From contig CAYZSS010000007.1 of assembly GCA_964480435.1 (NCBI GenBank), positions 485-32,484 on the forward strand: a DNA stretch of 32,000 nucleotides, read 5' to 3'. Of this stretch, positions 27,973 to 32,000 are shown one piece after another (within the stretch, counting starts at the first letter, position 1; each line of letters opens with the position of its first letter). This DNA comes from an uncultured archaeon (GTDB lineage: Archaea; Iainarchaeota; Iainarchaeia; Iainarchaeales; 0-14-0-20-30-16). The notes beneath the pieces were generated by a model. It was not told the origin of the DNA. It saw nothing but the letters and a program-made list of their open reading frames with translations, and did not search any database. The position numbers were made by a program, and so were the translations under genes.

Positions 27973-28283
27973 CAATATTTATATTCATTTAAATCTAATT
28001 CAGGTCTTGTATCTTTTGGTCTTATGCTTATGTTTATATTAATTATAGTTATATTATTATAATAATAGTAATTTATGTTATTCTTTGTAATATAGTGGTT
28101 TAAATCATCTGAAGTGATAAATCCTGAAGTACAAGACCCTACATTTATAAATATATCTGTGATATTAAGATATAATAATTAACTTGTGTAAAAACATAAG
28201 TATCATAGAACTCAACTCTTTTTTGGGTTTTTCAGTTTGAATTAAGTTCAAATATTTTTTATATTTTGTAAAAGGTGTGATAA
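27973..28283. other. 311-nt extremely AT-rich non-coding spacer with inverted repeats; contains the ribosomal-operon promoter and leader
   Basis: GGTCTTGTA (28003-28011) / TACAAGACC (28130-28138); CTTATGTTT (28027-28035) / AAACATAAG (28192-28200); hairpin TTTGAA-TTAAG-TTCAAA (28236-28252); TTTTTATATTTT then AAGGTG before the ATG at 28284. Confidence 0.5.
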
Positions 28284-29252
28284 ATGACAAGTAAACCAAA
28301 TGCAGGATCAAGAGGATTTTATCCAAGGGTAAGAGCTAAGTCAATAATACCTAAGTTTGATACCTTTAAGGATGAAAAAAATGTTTCTATACTTAACTTT
28401 TTTGGTTATAAGGTTGGAATGAACCACGTGTTTGGAACAAACAAACACAAGGGAAGCCCTTATAATGGTATAAAGGTGAAGGTACCGGTAACCATTATAG
28501 AGATACCAAAATTAAGCGTAGTTGGTATGAGGTTCTATAAGGGAAAAATAGGTAAAAAAGCCCTAAAAGAATTTATGTTTAAAAAATTCTTATCAAAGAA
28601 TATAGATAAGACTAATTCTACTTTAAGAAAAGGAAAAGACATTGACTCTAAAGAAATTGATACTTTTTATGATGCAAATAAAGCTAATATTTCAGATATA
28701 AGAATATTGGCTGAAACAAATCCAGCAGAAGCGGGATTGCCAAAGAAGAGATCTGAAATAGTTGAATTGTATCTATCTGGATTAGTTGAAGAGCAAATTG
28801 CTTTTATTAAAGAAAGATTAGGAAAAGGATTGTCAATTGATGATTTCTCTAAAGAAAACAACCCTTTTGATGTTAAAGCAGTTACTATTGGAAAAGGCTT
28901 CCAAGGTGTAATTAAGAGATATGGTGTAAAAAGAAGACACCACAAATCACAAAAAGGGGTAAGAAGCGTTGGATCTATTGGTCCTTGGAGCCCTCCTTTG
29001 GTAATGTGGACTTGCCCTAGACCTGGACAAATGGGATTCCACACTAGAACTATTTATAATTTAAAATATTTAGTAAAATGCGATTTTTCAAAAATGAACA
29101 AAAGCTACAAGAGATACGGGACAGTAAATTCAGATGCAATCTTTTTAATTGGTTCAGTTCCTGGCCCAGCAAAGAGAATGATTGCTCTAAGAAGATCAAT
29201 TAGACCTTTTGTAGAAACAAAATTTGATGTTGTTGACGTAGTTTATAACTAA
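28284..29252 (+). CDS. rpl3: 50S ribosomal protein uL3 (archaeal type)
   Basis: GSRGFYPRVRA N-terminus, GKGFQGVIKRYG, 322 aa. First gene of the L3-L4-L23-L2-S19-L22 order. Confidence 0.95.
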   Translation: MTSKPNAGSRGFYPRVRAKSIIPKFDTFKDEKNVSILNFFGYKVGMNHVFGTNKHKGSPYNGIKVKVPVTIIEIPKLSVVGMRFYKGKIGKKALKEFMFKKFLSKNIDKTNSTLRKGKDIDSKEIDTFYDANKANISDIRILAETNPAEAGLPKKRSEIVELYLSGLVEEQIAFIKERLGKGLSIDDFSKENNPFDVKAVTIGKGFQGVIKRYGVKRRHHKSQKGVRSVGSIGPWSPPLVMWTCPRPGQMGFHTRTIYNLKYLVKCDFSKMNKSYKRYGTVNSDAIFLIGSVPGPAKRMIALRRSIRPFVETKFDVVDVVYN

Positions 29253-29265
29253 AAGGTGAAATGAA

Positions 29266-30066
29266 ATGAAAGCAAATGTTTATGGAATAGATGGGTCAGT
29301 TAAGAAGCAAATAACTTTGCCCAAATTATTTGAAACTGAAGTAAGAGAAAGGTTGGTTAATAGAGCATATATTTCATCTTTAACTAAAAAAATACAACCA
29401 AAGGGAAATTATTATAATGCTGGTAGAGACACTTCTGCTGAGTACTATGGTGTAAGAAGAGTAAGAGATTCTCTTATTGCTATTGGTTTCGCAAGAAAAC
29501 CAAGAACAAAAAATGCAAGACACATGATACAAGGAAGAGTTGGTGGTATTGCTGGAGTTCTTGGAGGTCCAAGGGCACACCCTCCTAAACCAGAAACAGT
29601 AATTGCTGAAAAAATAAATAAGAAAGAAAGAAAGCTTGCTTTGTACTGTGCTTTAGCAGCAACAACAAAGAAAGAATTATTACTTACTAAAGGTCATATC
29701 TTTGATGATTCTCTAAGTCTACCTGTAATATTGGAAGATAAAGCAGAGGATTTGAAAAAAACTAAAGAAATATACTCAATTTTAGAAAAACTAAAGATAA
29801 ATGAAGATGTAGAAAGCGCAAAAAGGAAAAAAACAATTAGAGCAGGAAAAGGAAAAACAAGAGGAAGATTATATAATAGAAAGAAATCAGTTCTTTTTGT
29901 AGTATCAGATAGTAATGCTCCACTTGTTAAGAGCGCAAGAAACCTAGAAGGTGTTGATGTTTCTACAGTAAAAGGATTATCTGTTGAGAAATTGGCTCCA
30001 GGTGGAAAACCAGGAAGATTAGTTTTATTTACAGAAAAAGCATTAAACGCTTTGAATAAAGAATAG
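29266..30066 (+). CDS. rpl4: 50S ribosomal protein uL4 (archaeal type)
   Basis: YGVRRVRD ... GRVGGIAGVLGGPRAHPPK ... IRAGKGKTRGR. Confidence 0.95.
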   Translation: MKANVYGIDGSVKKQITLPKLFETEVRERLVNRAYISSLTKKIQPKGNYYNAGRDTSAEYYGVRRVRDSLIAIGFARKPRTKNARHMIQGRVGGIAGVLGGPRAHPPKPETVIAEKINKKERKLALYCALAATTKKELLLTKGHIFDDSLSLPVILEDKAEDLKKTKEIYSILEKLKINEDVESAKRKKTIRAGKGKTRGRLYNRKKSVLFVVSDSNAPLVKSARNLEGVDVSTVKGLSVEKLAPGGKPGRLVLFTEKALNALNKE

Positions 30067-30074
30067 GTGTTAAT

Positions 30075-30326
30075 ATGGATACAATAATTTACCCAGTAAT
30101 AAGCGAAAAAGCAGTAAACATGATTGAATCAGAAAACAAGATCTGCTTCATTGTTGATAAAAGAGCAACAAAAATAGATGTAAAGAAAGCAGTTGAAGAA
30201 AGATTTAAAGTGGGTGTTGAATCTGTAAATATGCTTAGGGATATGCAAGGCAGAAAAAAAGCAATTGTAAGGCTAAAAAAAGAATTTAAAGCTTCAGAAT
30301 TAGCAAACAAGATAGGAATGGTATAA
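30075..30326 (+). CDS. rpl23: 50S ribosomal protein uL23
   Basis: IIYPVISEKAVNMIESENKICFIVDKRATKIDVKKAVEERF, 83 aa, conserved operon position. Confidence 0.9.
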   Translation: MDTIIYPVISEKAVNMIESENKICFIVDKRATKIDVKKAVEERFKVGVESVNMLRDMQGRKKAIVRLKKEFKASELANKIGMV

Positions 30327-30395
30327 AGTAATTAGATAATTAGTATAGGTAAAGGTACTTGAGAAAGATTATTATTAGATTAAAGGTGTTTTGAG

Positions 30396-31112
30396 ATGGC
30401 AAAGAGACTAAAGCAGCAGAGAAGAGGAAAAGCAAGTCCTAAATATAAGGCTAATAAAAGTGGTGTAAAAGCCAGATATGATATTAGAAAGATTGATGAT
30501 TGTAAAGCAGAAATCATTAACTTAATGAACAATATAGGAAAGACAGCACCTGTTTCTGAATTGGTGTTGGAAGATGGAAGAAGAATGTATGTTCCTGCTG
30601 TAGAAGGCACTTATGTTTCACAAAAAATATCCGTGGGGCCATCCGCAACAGCAGAGATAGGAAATATTTTGCCTATAGGAAATGTTCCTTTGGGTTGTGT
30701 AGTATGTAATATTGAATCAAGACCAGAAGATGGTGGAGCTTTTTTAAGAGCAAGCGGTACTTTTGGAATAATTATTGGAAAAGACGATAAAGGTGTTTAT
30801 GTTAAGTTTAGATCAAAAGCAAAGAAATTGATAAGACCAGATTGTTTATGTTCAATAGGTCGAATTGCTGGTGGTGGAAGATTAGAAAAACCACTATGTA
30901 AAGCAGGAAATAATTTTTATTTAATGAGAGCAAAAGGTGGAAGAATTTGGCCTTCCGTAAGGGGTCGTGCAATGAATGCAGTTGACCACCCACACGGAGG
31001 AAGTGGACACAACTCTTCTGGAAGAAAGAAGACCGTATCAAAGAAATTCTCAGCTCCTGGACAGAAAGTAGGATCAGTAGGAGCAAGCAGAACAGGTCGT
31101 AAAAAGAAGTAA
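30396..31112 (+). CDS. rpl2: 50S ribosomal protein uL2
   Basis: QQRRGKAS, GNILPIGNVPLG, WPSVRGRAMNAVDHPHGGSG. Confidence 0.95.
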   Translation: MAKRLKQQRRGKASPKYKANKSGVKARYDIRKIDDCKAEIINLMNNIGKTAPVSELVLEDGRRMYVPAVEGTYVSQKISVGPSATAEIGNILPIGNVPLGCVVCNIESRPEDGGAFLRASGTFGIIIGKDDKGVYVKFRSKAKKLIRPDCLCSIGRIAGGGRLEKPLCKAGNNFYLMRAKGGRIWPSVRGRAMNAVDHPHGGSGHNSSGRKKTVSKKFSAPGQKVGSVGASRTGRKKK

Positions 31113-31126
31113 AGAAGTGATTATTG

Positions 31127-31522
31127 ATGGCAAGAGAATTTGGTTACAAAGGGTATGATTTAGAAGGTTTAAAGAAACTGTCTTTAGAAGAACTAAAGGC
31201 AATTTTGCCTTATAGTGTAAGAAGAAAAATGACACGAGGCATAACTTTAGACAAAAAAGTAAAAAAAGCTATTGAAGAAAACAAGGCCGGAAACCCTCCA
31301 AAAAATATGGTAAAAACACATAAAAGAGATATAATGATTTTCCCTGATATGGTTGGAATTAGATTTGGAGTATATAACGGAAAGACTTTTGAACAATTGG
31401 AAATAAAACCTGAAATGATTGGTTATTATCTTGGAGATATGGTTTTATCAAGAAAAATGGTAACTCACGGAAAAGCAGGAATAGGAGCTACAAAATCAAG
31501 TAAGAACGTAGCCAAAAAATAA
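31127..31522 (+). CDS. rps19: 30S ribosomal protein uS19 (archaeal type)
   Basis: GYDLEGLKKLSLEEL ... RRKMTRG ... VYNGKTFEQLEIKPEMIGYYLGD ... HGKAGIGAT. ATG at 31127 (the track TTG is at 31124). Confidence 0.9.
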   Translation: MAREFGYKGYDLEGLKKLSLEELKAILPYSVRRKMTRGITLDKKVKKAIEENKAGNPPKNMVKTHKRDIMIFPDMVGIRFGVYNGKTFEQLEIKPEMIGYYLGDMVLSRKMVTHGKAGIGATKSSKNVAKK

Positions 31523-31543
31523 ACATAAATGAGTGGATTGATT

Positions 31544-32000
31544 ATGGCATACTTTACAGCAAAGGAAAATGAATCAAGGGCATTGTTACTAAATTGTCCA
31601 GTATCAAGGAAGTTTGGTAATGAATTTGGAAAGTTTATAACTGGTAAGAGTTATACTAAAGCAATGGAATACATTGAAGCAGTTATGGAAAAGAAAAGAT
31701 ATTTGCCTTTGGTAAGATTCAATGATGATGTTGGACACAGACCAGGAATGGAAGGAGTATCTAAAAGTGGAAGATATCCAATAAAGTTAGCAAGTTATTT
31801 GAAAAAAGCTTTACAATTGGCAAGAAGCAACGCAGAAAATAAAGGACTAGATGGAGAAGATTTAGTAGTTGTTGGTTGTGTTCTTAATACGGGTGTAAGA
31901 AGAGTTAATGTTCAGCCAGGTGGAAGAAGAAGAATGAGAAGAAGTAAATCAGCACATATTGAAGTATTATTAAGACAAAGACATAAACTAAAGCCAAAGG
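31544..32000 (+). CDS. rpl22: 50S ribosomal protein uL22 (archaeal type), 3' end beyond window
   Basis: ATG at 31544 after GAGTGG, open to the window end: MAYFTAKENESRALLLNCPVSRKF...GRYPIKLASYLKKALQLARSNAENKGLD...RRMRRSKSAHIEVLL. Not in the track because no stop codon is reached. Confidence 0.85.
   Translation, partial: MAYFTAKENESRALLLNCPVSRKFGNEFGKFITGKSYTKAMEYIEAVMEKKRYLPLVRFNDDVGHRPGMEGVSKSGRYPIKLASYLKKALQLARSNAENKGLDGEDLVVVGCVLNTGVRRVNVQPGGRRRMRRSKSAHIEVLLRQRHKLKPK

Noticed and set aside
28101-28130. Possible C/D-box sRNA (CTGA, GTGATAA, CTGA elements)
   Set aside because: No proper upstream C box (RUGAUGA). The C'-like and D-like boxes are only 3 nt apart, leaving no ~12-nt guide. No terminal stem.
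27973-28283. Chromosomal replication origin
   Set aside because: An AT-rich core flanked by inverted repeats is suggestive. However, I see no adjacent Orc1/Cdc6 gene and no recognisable ORB or mini-ORB consensus. Left as one of several hypotheses, not called.
28667-31086. Antisense ORFs inside the ribosomal protein genes (28667-29044, 29380-29580, 30089-30310, 30380-30610, 30808-31086)
   Set aside because: Opposite-strand shadows of highly conserved r-protein genes.

Overview
AT-rich (about 30% GC by eye, not computed), very compact archaeal window. Most bases are coding, there are many 4-nt gene overlaps, and GGTG-type Shine-Dalgarno sites precede most starts. It opens with a bacterial-type DNA gyrase pair in the order gyrA-gyrB, tightly followed by SDR, methyltransferase and histidine-phosphatase genes. 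It ends with an archaeal-type uL3-uL4-uL23-uL2-uS19-uL22 ribosomal protein operon. Composition, compaction and gene content suggest a small-genome DPANN-like archaeon (inference). The ~23 kb between these blocks holds accessory and salvage genes: DUF3892-like, SemiSWEET, an RSH-type HD hydrolase, a B12/radical-SAM enzyme, an isochorismatase-like hydrolase, a YkgJ-type Cys-cluster protein, a DNPH1 homologue coupled to an RBBP9/YdeN serine hydrolase, two type II toxin-antitoxin loci (RHH-MazF and DUF2683-like/RelE), GNAT, a cysteine-synthase-like PLP-fold protein, a NitT/TauT-type ABC importer, DUF2000, MazG, MFS, a frameshifted VIT1/CCC1 gene, an orphan LivJ-type binding protein, a methyltransferase coupled to a UbiA-like membrane protein, an archaemetzincin-like protease, a cupin and a 381-aa unrecognised protein with two HTH-like segments. 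I found no rRNA, tRNA, CRISPR array, transposase or integrase. Strongest observations: (1) two paralogous TrmB-like regulators were duplicated with their divergent control region (a 24-nt block 20/24 identical at conserved spacing, plus TGTTGT/ACAACA inverted repeats), and each faces a different transporter binding-protein gene; (2) the PLP-fold protein has Tyr where the Schiff-base Lys should be; (3) an RSH-type (p)ppGpp-hydrolase-like HD protein with a long Cys-rich tail; (4) the unrecognised 381-aa gene followed by a 311-nt extremely AT-rich spacer with inverted repeats, just upstream of the ribosomal operon. I could not recognise a complete, clearly novel multi-gene system. All family calls rest on motif recognition by eye and need HMM or structure searches.
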